Source: Nitrospinales bacterium
Lineage (GTDB): Bacteria; Nitrospinota; Nitrospinia; Nitrospinales; JAJDAT01
Direction of reading: 5' to 3'
Assembly (NCBI GenBank): GCA_046757665.1
Contig: JBHHYO010000023.1
Location: 1 to 33,464, forward strand
Length of the DNA: 33,464 bases
The notes under the pieces were generated by a model that saw only the letters and a list, made by a program, of their open reading frames with translations, had not been told where the DNA came from and did not search any database. A program made the translations under genes and the position numbers. Positions 1-8,048 of this stretch are shown here, in pieces. Positions within the stretch are counted from its first letter, which is position 1. Each line of letters starts with the position of its first letter.

Positions 1-19
1 AGCGCGGCTCGATTGCGCC

Positions 20-49
20 TTGCTATAACGATTTTGTTCATGCTATAAG
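20..49 (+). promoter_or_regulatory. Putative sigma70 promoter of the exbB/exbD-like operon
   Basis: TTGCTA (20-25), 18-bp spacer, extended -10 TGcTATAAG (41-49). TGCTATAA occurs twice (21-28, 41-48). Confidence 0.4.
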
Positions 50-55
50 AAGTTT

Positions 56-883
56 ATGTTTTTTAACAGTAATCCATCGGGAAAATCGGGGATGATATTT
101 TTATCGCGAGGGCTGGGGCGGGTTGGCATTGGCCTGTTGATTGCCATGGTATGGCCCGTGGTGGCGTTTGCCCAGGCGCCGCCGGAGACTGACTGGCAGT
201 TGATTTCGATTGTCGAAAAGGGCGGGGTTTTGATGTATCCCATCATTTTCTGCTCTATTTTGATGGGAGGAATCGCCATCGAACGGGCCAACAGCCTGAG
301 ACGCAAAAACATCATCAATTCGGAATTTTTGAAAAACGTGCAGGCCCACTGGGACTGGAAAGACATCCAGAAGGGACTGCAATTGTGCAAATCCTACGAC
401 AATTCCTTGTCCCGGATTCTCAAGGCGGGGCTGTTGCGTTTTGGCGGCAAGGTGGATGAAATCGAGCGGGCGATCGAGGGCGCCGGGCAACACGAGGCCT
501 CCTTGCTGAATTCGAATCTGCGCGTCCTGGGCGCCGTGGCCAACATCACCCCCATGCTGGGACTGCTGGGCACGGTGTTTGGCATGATCAAGGCGTTCAA
601 CGTCATTTCCCAAAGCGGAACGGGCAACCCCGGCCTGGTGGCCAGCGGCATTTCCGAAGCGTTGATCACCACCGCGGCGGGGATGGTGGTGGGCATCCCG
701 GCGCTGGCCTTGTACCATTATTTCCGGGGCAAGATCGACCGCTACGTTTTTGAAATGGAGGAAATTTCTTTTCAACTGGTCGAAGAACTTTCCTACGAGG
801 CCCTCCGGCAGAGGCGGCGCGAGCCTGCCCGGGAGGCCGGGCGCGACCGGTTGGGCGTGCCCTCCCGATCCGAAGCCACCTGA
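56..883 (+). CDS. exbB: MotA/TolQ/ExbB proton channel family protein
   Basis: GGVLMYPI TM segment, then NITPMLGLLGTVFGMI...GISEALITTAAGMVVGIPA signature. Start may be ATG 92. ExbB versus TolQ cannot be settled from this window. Confidence 0.88.
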   Translation: MFFNSNPSGKSGMIFLSRGLGRVGIGLLIAMVWPVVAFAQAPPETDWQLISIVEKGGVLMYPIIFCSILMGGIAIERANSLRRKNIINSEFLKNVQAHWDWKDIQKGLQLCKSYDNSLSRILKAGLLRFGGKVDEIERAIEGAGQHEASLLNSNLRVLGAVANITPMLGLLGTVFGMIKAFNVISQSGTGNPGLVASGISEALITTAAGMVVGIPALALYHYFRGKIDRYVFEMEEISFQLVEELSYEALRQRRREPAREAGRDRLGVPSRSEAT

Positions 884-913
884 CCTTGTCCCCTGTTCCC
901 CCAAGAGGCCGAT

Positions 914-1309
914 ATGCGGTTCCGTAACGAGGAGGAGGAAGATTTCAGCCTGGACATGACACCCATGATCGATGTGGTGTTTCTCCTGCTGATCTTCTTC
1001 ATGGTCTCCACGGCGTTTGTGGATTTTTCGCGGCGCATGGATATAGCCCTGCCGACATCCAAGTCCTCCACGGAAGAAGAGGTCGCCAAGCCACTGCTCA
1101 TTGAAATGACCACGGACAAGCGCATTTTTCTGAACGGCAAGGAAGTGGTGTTGAAACAGCTGGAACTTAAACTCAAACGATCCTTGAAAACAAAGCAACC
1201 CAGCGCCACCATCAAGGCGGACAAAGCCCTGCCTTACGGGAATGTGATCAAGGTCATGGGCATTCTGCAAGGCACGGGGATCAAGGATATCAGTGTTGCC
1301 GTAAAATAA
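914..1309 (+). CDS. exbD: ExbD/TolR biopolymer transporter
   Basis: DMTPMIDVVFLLLIFFMVST and IKADKALPYGNVIKVM motifs; follows the exbB-like gene; GAGG RBS upstream. Confidence 0.92.
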   Translation: MRFRNEEEEDFSLDMTPMIDVVFLLLIFFMVSTAFVDFSRRMDIALPTSKSSTEEEVAKPLLIEMTTDKRIFLNGKEVVLKQLELKLKRSLKTKQPSATIKADKALPYGNVIKVMGILQGTGIKDISVAVK

Positions 1310-1311
1310 CA

Positions 1312-1494
1312 GGCATCTCTAAAAATTTGTGTATTGAACAAGGAAAAAAAAGCACCCAAAATGTCATGCTGAGCTTGTCGAAGCATCTCAGCCGTATTTT
1401 TAGCGGGGAAACAGGTGGTCACCTTTCGACAAGCTCAAGGTGACAATTTTCCCCGCGTCATTTTTCTCAAAAAGATCGAATTTTTAGAGATGCC
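1312..1494. mobile_element. MITE-like element (183 bp) with nested palindromic REP-like core
   Basis: Perfect 16-bp terminal inverted repeats GGCATCTCTAAAAATT (1312-1327 / 1479-1494). Inner inverted repeat TGAGCTTGTCGAA (1370-1382 / 1425-1437) bounded by GTCA...TGAC. No clear target-site duplication. Confidence 0.7.
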
Positions 1495-1497
1495 CTG

Positions 1498-2286
1498 ATG
1501 TTTTCCCAACAGGCGAAACATTTTCTGGTCGCCTTTCGCCACCTCTCGTTTCTGTCCGCCGGCCCGTCCTCCCCCGCCGACCCGGAAGAACTGGGTCATT
1601 CCACAATCTATTTTCCGCTGGTCGGTTTTCTTTTAGGCCTGGGTTTGATGGTTTTTTATTACGGTTTGTCAGGGGTCCTGGGCCATGAAGTGGTTTGCCT
1701 GCTCATTCTTTTCCTGATGTTTCTTTTTTTTAACGGCAAGCAATACCGGGCTTGTGTCGGCTTCATGGAGCATTTGTCCGGCCCGGCCCCCCGCCCGGCA
1801 GGGGAGTCCGCCGCCGCGTTCGGCAATGATGTGTCGAGGATTGCCGTTCTATTTTTTCTGTTCATGCTCAAGTTTTTGGCGTTACTGCATGTCGGCGAGG
1901 GATGGATGGCGGGGATGCTGGTGTTGTTGCCGACGTTTTCCTGCTGGTCTCTGGTGTATCTTAATCATTCCCTGGCGTTCACCGCGATGGCGAACAACGC
2001 CCGGGTCCCCTATTTGCGGTTCGTCAAGGCCCGGGAATTCTGGGGAGCGACCTTTTTTACCACGGTGGCGGCGGTGCTGTTCCTGGAGTTGAAAGGACTG
2101 TTTCTCCTCATGCTGGTTTCCCTGTGGACCGCGGTGTTTGAACGGTTGTTTCTGCTGAAGCGCGGCGGACCAATCGACGCGGCCCTGGGCGTGGTGATGG
2201 AGTTGAATGAAATTTTCCTCTTGCTGATGGCGATCATAATGCGAAAAGGATTTTTGGCGGCGCCGGCGGAGGGGATTTTTTTGTGA
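1498..2286 (+). CDS. CobS-like (adenosylcobinamide-GDP ribazoletransferase family) membrane protein, divergent
   Basis: N-terminal AFRHLSFL...YFPLVGFLLG and C-terminal GGPIDAALGVVMELNE align with the CobS layout; multiple TM helices; central CobS motif is degenerate. Confidence 0.65.
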   Translation: MFSQQAKHFLVAFRHLSFLSAGPSSPADPEELGHSTIYFPLVGFLLGLGLMVFYYGLSGVLGHEVVCLLILFLMFLFFNGKQYRACVGFMEHLSGPAPRPAGESAAAFGNDVSRIAVLFFLFMLKFLALLHVGEGWMAGMLVLLPTFSCWSLVYLNHSLAFTAMANNARVPYLRFVKAREFWGATFFTTVAAVLFLELKGLFLLMLVSLWTAVFERLFLLKRGGPIDAALGVVMELNEIFLLLMAIIMRKGFLAAPAEGIFL

Positions 2287-2300
2287 AAGGACGCCGGCAG

Positions 2301-3614
2301 ATGGAAGATCGCGCCGACAAAACCAACCGGGAACCCGGCTTGAACGCCGCCCGGGACTTGCTGGAATTTATCGACCGAAGCCCGACGCCTTTTCACGCGG
2401 TGGCCGAGCTTCGGCGAATGTTGCACGAGCGCCAGTTTGTGGAACTGCATGAAACCGATTCCTGGACGCTCGCCCCGGACGGCAAATACTTTGTCGTCCG
2501 CAATGCGTCCTCCCTGGCGGCCTTTAAAATCGGTTCGCCGCCGCCCGAAATGATCGGCTACAAAATCATCGGCGCCCATACGGACAGCCCCAACCTGCGT
2601 CTCAAGCCCAACCCGTTTTACCGGGAAAACGGTTACGCGCAACTCGGCGTGGAGGTGTATGGCTCTGTCTTGCTGTCCACCTGGACCGACCGGGATTTGT
2701 CCCTCGCGGGCCGAGTGATTCTGCGCGCTGACGGAACGGGCGCCGTTGCAAAACTGTTCATGGCGGAGCGCCCGGTGCTTCGCATCCCGCAACTGGCCAT
2801 CCACTTGAACCGCAAGGTCAATGAAAAAGGCTTGATCCTGGACCGGCAGAAGCATCTGCCGCCCATCTTTTCGACGGCGGAGGGTTGTTCGGACAATGCG
2901 TTGAAGGAATGGGTGGCGGACCAGTTGCCCTGCCGGCCCGGCGACATTCTGAATATGGAATTGTCCCTGTATGACGTGCAAAAAGGCGCGCTGGCGGGGC
3001 CGAATGACGAGTTCCTGTGCGCCTCGCGGCTGGACAACCTGGCCTCTTGCCACGCCGCCACGACGGCGTTTTTGGAGGCGGACGCGCCGGGCGTTGTGGT
3101 TTTTTACGATAACGAAGAGGTGGGCAGTGTCACCGCTCAGGGCGCGGGGTCGCCGTTTTTAAGGGATGTGCTGGAACGCATCGGCGGCCAGGCGGGCGGC
3201 GGCCGGGAGGCGAACATGCAAGCCATCGCCCGGGCGGTTTTTATTTCCGCGGACATGGCGCACGCGGTGCATCCCAATTACGCGGACAAGCACGACCCCC
3301 GGCACATGCCGGTGATCAACCGGGGGCCGGTGATCAAGGTCCACGCCGGGAAAAACTACGCGACCGATGGGCAAACGGCGGCTTGTTTTGAATTGCTGTG
3401 CGAGCGCGCGGGCGTGGCGGCGCAAAAGTTCGTCATGCGCTCCGACCTGGCCTGCGGAAGCACCATCGGCCCCGTCACCGCGGCCAACCTCGGTATCCGG
3501 ACGGTGGACGCCGGTAATCCCATGTTGTCCATGCACTCCATACGCGAAATGGCGGGGACAAAGGATCATGCCGACCTTATTCGCGTGTTCAAGGAATTTT
3601 TTAAAGCCGAATAA
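2301..3614 (+). CDS. M18 family (aspartyl) aminopeptidase
   Basis: SPTPFHAV, GAHTDSP, RLDNL, DNEEVGS, SADMAH and SMHSIRE motifs. AAAGGA RBS before ATG 2301 (alternative GTG 2283). Confidence 0.95.
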   Translation: MEDRADKTNREPGLNAARDLLEFIDRSPTPFHAVAELRRMLHERQFVELHETDSWTLAPDGKYFVVRNASSLAAFKIGSPPPEMIGYKIIGAHTDSPNLRLKPNPFYRENGYAQLGVEVYGSVLLSTWTDRDLSLAGRVILRADGTGAVAKLFMAERPVLRIPQLAIHLNRKVNEKGLILDRQKHLPPIFSTAEGCSDNALKEWVADQLPCRPGDILNMELSLYDVQKGALAGPNDEFLCASRLDNLASCHAATTAFLEADAPGVVVFYDNEEVGSVTAQGAGSPFLRDVLERIGGQAGGGREANMQAIARAVFISADMAHAVHPNYADKHDPRHMPVINRGPVIKVHAGKNYATDGQTAACFELLCERAGVAAQKFVMRSDLACGSTIGPVTAANLGIRTVDAGNPMLSMHSIREMAGTKDHADLIRVFKEFFKAE

Positions 3615-3625
3615 GCGTCAGGGAA

Positions 3626-3910
3626 TCAGGCGGGAAGCGAGTTGCACGCGGACCGGATGGCTTCGACCACTCCGGGTTTGACGGCGGCCCAGCGGGCCGT
3701 TTCGTCCTTGGTCACGTCGATCGCGTTGTCGAGTATCCACACACTGCACACCCCCTTGACCTGGAAAATAGCCCTGGCCACGGGGTGCGACTCGGCGGAA
3801 GCCGCATTCGGGAAAGACAAGCCGGTGCCGGGCGGTATCAGCGCGCGGTTCAGTTCGAAGGTCAGCAAATTTTCCGTCCGGGTGGGAATGACGGTGATCT
3901 CAACAGACAT
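3626..3910 (-). CDS. Nfu/NifU N-terminal scaffold domain protein
   Basis: IPT..ENLLTFEL...HPVARAIFQVKGVCSVWILDNAIDVTK...W pattern is typical of the Nfu_N domain. Confidence 0.8.
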   Translation of the reverse strand: MSVEITVIPTRTENLLTFELNRALIPPGTGLSFPNAASAESHPVARAIFQVKGVCSVWILDNAIDVTKDETARWAAVKPGVVEAIRSACNSLPA

Positions 3911-4012
3911 AGGCGATTCGACCAAGTTTAAACAAACGCATAATGATTGTCAGGACAAAAAGCAGGAGCAATTTTACTTGCTCGGCGGGTGTTTAGCAAG
4001 CCTTTCCGAAAA

Positions 4013-4187
4013 GAGAGCTTTGCATAAGTCGAGATTCCCGCCGCCCTTGCTGTCATCGCGAGCCGCCACCGGCGGCGTGGCGATCCAGCCGGGCCACGCC
4101 CGGTGGGAATGGGTCCTTTCTGGATTGCTTCGTCGGCTTCGCCGCCTCGCAATGACGATCAGACAAGGATACTTATGCAAAGCTCTC
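4013..4187. mobile_element. MITE (175 bp) with 17-bp TIRs, 9-bp target-site duplication and nested palindromic core
   Basis: TIR GAGAGCTTTGCATAAGT (4013-4029 / 4171-4187) flanked by direct repeat TTCCGAAAA (4004-4012 / 4188-4196). Inner palindrome GTCATCGCGAG (4052-4062) ... CTCGCAATGAC (4146-4156). Confidence 0.85.
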
Positions 4188-4208
4188 TTCCGAAAAAAGG
4201 CGAGGGGC

Positions 4209-5768
4209 TTATTTTTGCTTGCGCCGGGCAAAAGCCGCGAGCACCAGCGTCATCAGGATGCAGGCGTGGCTGAAGCTGTCGCCGTTTCGGGTGTAGTAGG
4301 TTTTGGGGCCGTCGGTGAGGTGGATTTCCGTCAGCACCAGGTCTTCGGTGAACAGTGGCGTGGTGTCGCGGATTTTGCCCGTGGGGTCGATGACGCCGGA
4401 GATTCCGGTGTTGGCGGCGCGCACCAGGGGGACCCGGTTTTCCACCGCCCGCAGGGCCGCCATGGCGATGTGCTGGTAGGAGGCGGCGCTTCTGCCGAAC
4501 CAGGCGTCGTTGGTGATGTTGACGAGGAACCGCGCTCCCCGGTTCACCGACTGCCGCACCAGGTCGGGGAAGGTGACTTCGTAACAAATGGAGACGCCGA
4601 ACGGCTGGCCCGCGACGCGGAACACCGTAGCCTGCTCTCCCCTGCCGAACTGGCCGATCCCCCGCGCCATTTTGCGGACAAACCACAACAGCTTGCGGAA
4701 GGGCACAAACTCGCCGAACGGCACCAGGTGCATTTTGTCATAACGCGCCGGGACACTGCCGGAGGGCAGAAGCAGGTAGGCGCTGTTGTAACTGGTGGCG
4801 CCCGTGGCGTCCTGTTCGTAATAAGGACTGCCGAAGAAGATGGGAACCCCCGCCTGGCGCGCCAGGTGTTTCAGGGCGGCGGTTTCCGGTGCGTCCAGAT
4901 TGAAATAGTAAGGGGTCGCCGCCTCCGGCCAGACGATGAAATCGGGCTTGCCTGCCGCGCCTTTCAGCGTCAGCCTCTTGTACGTTTCCATAACCCGGTC
5001 GCGATGCCGGGGGTCCCATTTGAACGGCTGGCCGATATTCCCCTGCACCAGGGCAACCCGGATGCCGCGCGCACCGGGAGGATGTGTCTTGCCGTATTCG
5101 GCCAACGCGGAGTTGCCGTAAACCAGGCAAAAGGCAAGGGTAGGCAGGGTGATGGCCAAAACCGACAGGGCCTGGCGCGTCGAATAAGGTGCGCCGCCGC
5201 GCGCCAATCCAAAACGAATCAGGTAGTGCACTCCGGCATTGACCAGCACAATCAACGCCGTAACGCCATACACGCCTGTATAGTCTGCGATTTGAATAAC
5301 CGGCAAGGTCTTGAACTGCGAGTAACCCAGCCCCAGCCAGGAAAACCCGTATTCCAGGTGCGTCGAGCGAATGTATTCCAGGCCGGTCCAGGCCACCGGG
5401 GCCAGCATGAAGGTGTAAATCGGCCGGTCTTCACCCACCCGGCGCACCAGGTAAGCAAACAGGGCAATGTAAAAACTCATGTACGCCGCGAGGATGGCCA
5501 GCGCCGGATAGGCCAGCGGTCGCGGCACCTTGCCGAAATCAATGATGGTATTGAGAATCCAGGTCAGGCCCAGGAAATAAAACACCGCGCCGGCGATAAA
5601 ACCGCACAGCGATGCCCGGCCCGGGCTTTGATCCTGGATCGCGCACAAAAGAGGAACCAGCGCGAACCAGGCCAGGATTTCCAGGTCGAAACGCGGAAAA
5701 ACCAGCGCCAGTAACAACCCGCTCAGGGCCGATAAAAGATAAGGTCGAGCGATTTTAAGGATTTGCAC
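4209..5768 (-). CDS. lnt: Apolipoprotein N-acyltransferase
   Basis: VQGNI, VWPEAA, YNSA, YDKMHLVPFGE, ICYE, NITNDAWFG, QH and RAVENR...RAANTGIS motifs. Confidence 0.97.
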   Translation of the reverse strand: MQILKIARPYLLSALSGLLLALVFPRFDLEILAWFALVPLLCAIQDQSPGRASLCGFIAGAVFYFLGLTWILNTIIDFGKVPRPLAYPALAILAAYMSFYIALFAYLVRRVGEDRPIYTFMLAPVAWTGLEYIRSTHLEYGFSWLGLGYSQFKTLPVIQIADYTGVYGVTALIVLVNAGVHYLIRFGLARGGAPYSTRQALSVLAITLPTLAFCLVYGNSALAEYGKTHPPGARGIRVALVQGNIGQPFKWDPRHRDRVMETYKRLTLKGAAGKPDFIVWPEAATPYYFNLDAPETAALKHLARQAGVPIFFGSPYYEQDATGATSYNSAYLLLPSGSVPARYDKMHLVPFGEFVPFRKLLWFVRKMARGIGQFGRGEQATVFRVAGQPFGVSICYEVTFPDLVRQSVNRGARFLVNITNDAWFGRSAASYQHIAMAALRAVENRVPLVRAANTGISGVIDPTGKIRDTTPLFTEDLVLTEIHLTDGPKTYYTRNGDSFSHACILMTLVLAAFARRKQK

Positions 5769-5872
5769 TAGGTTTTTCCCCGGTTATCCTCTATAGTATT
5801 AATTGTGCCCCTGTATTATGGAATGGGCCGATCATGGACTAAACACCAATCCCGCTTCGGGAATTTGCGAAT

Positions 5873-6142
5873 TTGAAGACACAAAAACAGTTAATAGAAA
5901 ATTTCAAGAAGGTTTGCATCTGCCGTAACGTTAAAAGAATCACGATCATGAAGGCCATCAGCGACGGAAATTTGTCTTTCGCGGCCTTGAGACGTTCGAT
6001 CGGGGTGGGAACCGGGAATTGCAAGGCCAAGCGTTGCCGGGCGAAAATAGAAAAAATGGTCAAGGCCTACAAGGAAAGTTTGGATACGGAACCCTTCGAA
6101 TCCGAAACCACCACCACGACTTCGCGCTCCGGCAGAGTCTAG
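5873..6142 (+). CDS. BFD-like [2Fe-2S]-binding protein
   Basis: VCICRNV...GVGTGNCKAKRC four-cysteine motif; TTG start. Confidence 0.8.
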   Translation: MKTQKQLIENFKKVCICRNVKRITIMKAISDGNLSFAALRRSIGVGTGNCKAKRCRAKIEKMVKAYKESLDTEPFESETTTTTSRSGRV

Positions 6143-7332
6143 CGCAAACGGGCCAGCGCGCCCGCGATCCGGTCCAGTCCCTCGGACAAGGTTTCCAGGG
6201 AAGTGGCGAAGGAGATTCTTGCGTGGGCGTCCGCCCCGAAAGCGATTCCCGGAACCAGGCCGACCTTGGCCTCGCTGAGCAGATAATCCGTCAGCGCCAG
6301 AGAGCCGTCGATTGTCCCGCCATTATACCGTTTTCCAAACACGCCGGAGAAGTCGGGGAACGTGTAAAACGTGCCCACGGGTTTGTAGCAGGTCACTCCG
6401 GGTATGTTTTCCAGGCGTTCGAGCAGGTTGTCCCTGCGGCGCTGGAACTGCCGGACTTGCTGTTCGACCGTTGCCTGCGAGCCCCGTAGCGCTTCAATAG
6501 CCGCCGCCTGCGAGATGGAGCACGGATTGGACGTGCTTTGTCCCTGGAGCTTGAGGACCGCCGCGGCGATCTCCGGCTCCGCCGCCAGGTAACCGATGCG
6601 CCAGCCGGTCATCGCGTAGGCTTTCGATACGCCGTTGATCACCACGCAGTTGCGTTGCACCTCCGGGTCGAGCGAGGCGATGCTGTGGTGCCGGAATCCG
6701 TCGAAAACGATTTTCTCGTAAATCTCGTCCGAAATGATCAGCAGGCCATGCTTCAAGGCGGTTTCGGCCAGGGCTTCCAGTTCCGGGCGCGTGTAGGCAG
6801 AGCCCGTGGGGTTGCAGGGGCTGTTGAGCACCAGCGCCCGGGTGTTCCGGGTGACGGCGCGGTCGATTTGTTGCGGCGACACTTTGAATCCGCTCTCCAC
6901 GGTCGTGTGGACGATGACCGGCGAGGCGCCGGACAAGCGGATCATTTCCGGGAAGGAAACCCAGTAAGGGGCCGGGACGATCACTTCGTCGCCGTCTTCC
7001 CACAGCGCCTGGGCCAGATTGTAAAATGAGTGCTTGCCGCCGTTGGAGACGACGATCTGGTTGCGTTGATAAGCGAGGCGGTTGTCGCTTTGCAGTTTTT
7101 CGAGGATGGCGTCCTTGAGGGCGTCGGTCCCGCCTGCCGGGGTGTAGCGGGTCTGGTTTTGCCGGATAGCCGCGATACCCGCCTCCTTGATGTTCTCCGG
7201 AGTGGGGAAATCCGGCTCGCCCGCGCCGAATCCTATGATGTCCTCTCCACGCGCTTTCAATTCGCGCGCCTTGGCGTCTATAGCCAGCGTCATGGAGGGT
7301 TGCACTTTCTGGATGCGCCCGGATAGTTTCAT
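6139..7332 (-). CDS. aspC: PLP-dependent class I aminotransferase (aspartate aminotransferase type)
   Basis: GAGEPDF, NSPCNPTG, SDEIY and SKAYAMTGWRIGY motifs; overlaps the coaD stop by 4 nt. Confidence 0.9.
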   Translation of the reverse strand: MKLSGRIQKVQPSMTLAIDAKARELKARGEDIIGFGAGEPDFPTPENIKEAGIAAIRQNQTRYTPAGGTDALKDAILEKLQSDNRLAYQRNQIVVSNGGKHSFYNLAQALWEDGDEVIVPAPYWVSFPEMIRLSGASPVIVHTTVESGFKVSPQQIDRAVTRNTRALVLNSPCNPTGSAYTRPELEALAETALKHGLLIISDEIYEKIVFDGFRHHSIASLDPEVQRNCVVINGVSKAYAMTGWRIGYLAAEPEIAAAVLKLQGQSTSNPCSISQAAAIEALRGSQATVEQQVRQFQRRRDNLLERLENIPGVTCYKPVGTFYTFPDFSGVFGKRYNGGTIDGSLALTDYLLSEAKVGLVPGIAFGADAHARISFATSLETLSEGLDRIAGALARLR

Positions 7333-7814
7333 GGTTTCAACTTTTCGATTGACTTGAGCACGCTTTGCGGAACAAAGTTGTCGATATCCCCGCCGTGGCG
7401 GGCGATTTCCTTAACGAAGTTCGAGCTGAGGAAGGAGTATTCCTGGCTGGGGATCATGAACATGGTTTCCACCTCTTCGTTGAGGTTGCGGTTCATCAGG
7501 CCCATTTGCAGTTCGAACTCGAAATCGGTGACGGCGCGCAGTCCCCGGATGATGACCCGGGCGTTGTGTTGCGCCGCAAAGTCGATCAACAGGTTGTTGA
7601 AGGGCAGAACTTCGATATGGTCCAGGTTTTGGACCGTCTCGCGGATGAAACGCACACGGTCCTCCAAGGAAAACAGCGGGCTCTTCTTGGGATTGTGGGC
7701 GACGGCGACGATCAGCTTGTCGAACAGTTTGAGCGCCCGGGTCATGATGTCGATATGGCCGATGGTTACCGGATCGAAGGTTCCCGGGTAAATGGCAGTG
7801 CGTTTTGTTTTCAT
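7329..7814 (-). CDS. coaD: Phosphopantetheine adenylyltransferase
   Basis: YPGTFDPVTIGHIDI, IRGLRAVTDFEFE and SSNFVKEIA motifs. Alternative start TTG 7838. Confidence 0.97.
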   Translation of the reverse strand: MKTKRTAIYPGTFDPVTIGHIDIMTRALKLFDKLIVAVAHNPKKSPLFSLEDRVRFIRETVQNLDHIEVLPFNNLLIDFAAQHNARVIIRGLRAVTDFEFELQMGLMNRNLNEEVETMFMIPSQEYSFLSSNFVKEIARHGGDIDNFVPQSVLKSIEKLKP

Positions 7815-7845
7815 GATTGGATGCCGGCCGGTGAGCAAAGGCGGA

Positions 7846-7873
7846 ATTATAGCGTTAATTTGACGTTCCGCAA
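7846..7873 (-). promoter_or_regulatory. Putative sigma70 promoter of coaD-aspC
   Basis: Minus strand TTGCGG-16 bp-TATAAT (perfect -10 at 7851-7846). Confidence 0.45.
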
Positions 7874-7981
7874 AGACAAAAAGCGGGCCGGGTTGCGGAC
7901 TTTTTGCCGCCGCGTTTTCCAGCGGTTGCCCGCGGGACGTTTTTCAACGGGGTCGGCGGCGGGCGGAAACACGGAACATCC

Positions 7982-8010
7982 TTTACAACAAAAAGAAAAA
8001 GCGGTATAAG
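7982..8010 (+). promoter_or_regulatory. Putative sigma70 promoter of the orphan gene at 8049
   Basis: TTTACA-17 bp-TATAAG. Confidence 0.5.
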
Positions 8011-8048
8011 CGGACCCGCGTTGAGAGCCAATCTCCACTGTGTTGCGT

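Noticed and set aside
1312-1494. Possible cobalamin riboswitch upstream of the cobS-like gene
   Set aside because: No convincing B12-box or core riboswitch motifs were seen; the region is explained by TIRs plus a REP-like palindrome. An Infernal/Rfam scan would settle it.
3642-5714. 690-aa + strand ORF
   Set aside because: Antisense shadow of lnt and the Nfu-N gene that also runs through the MITE; no recognisable motifs; typical of GC-rich codon bias.
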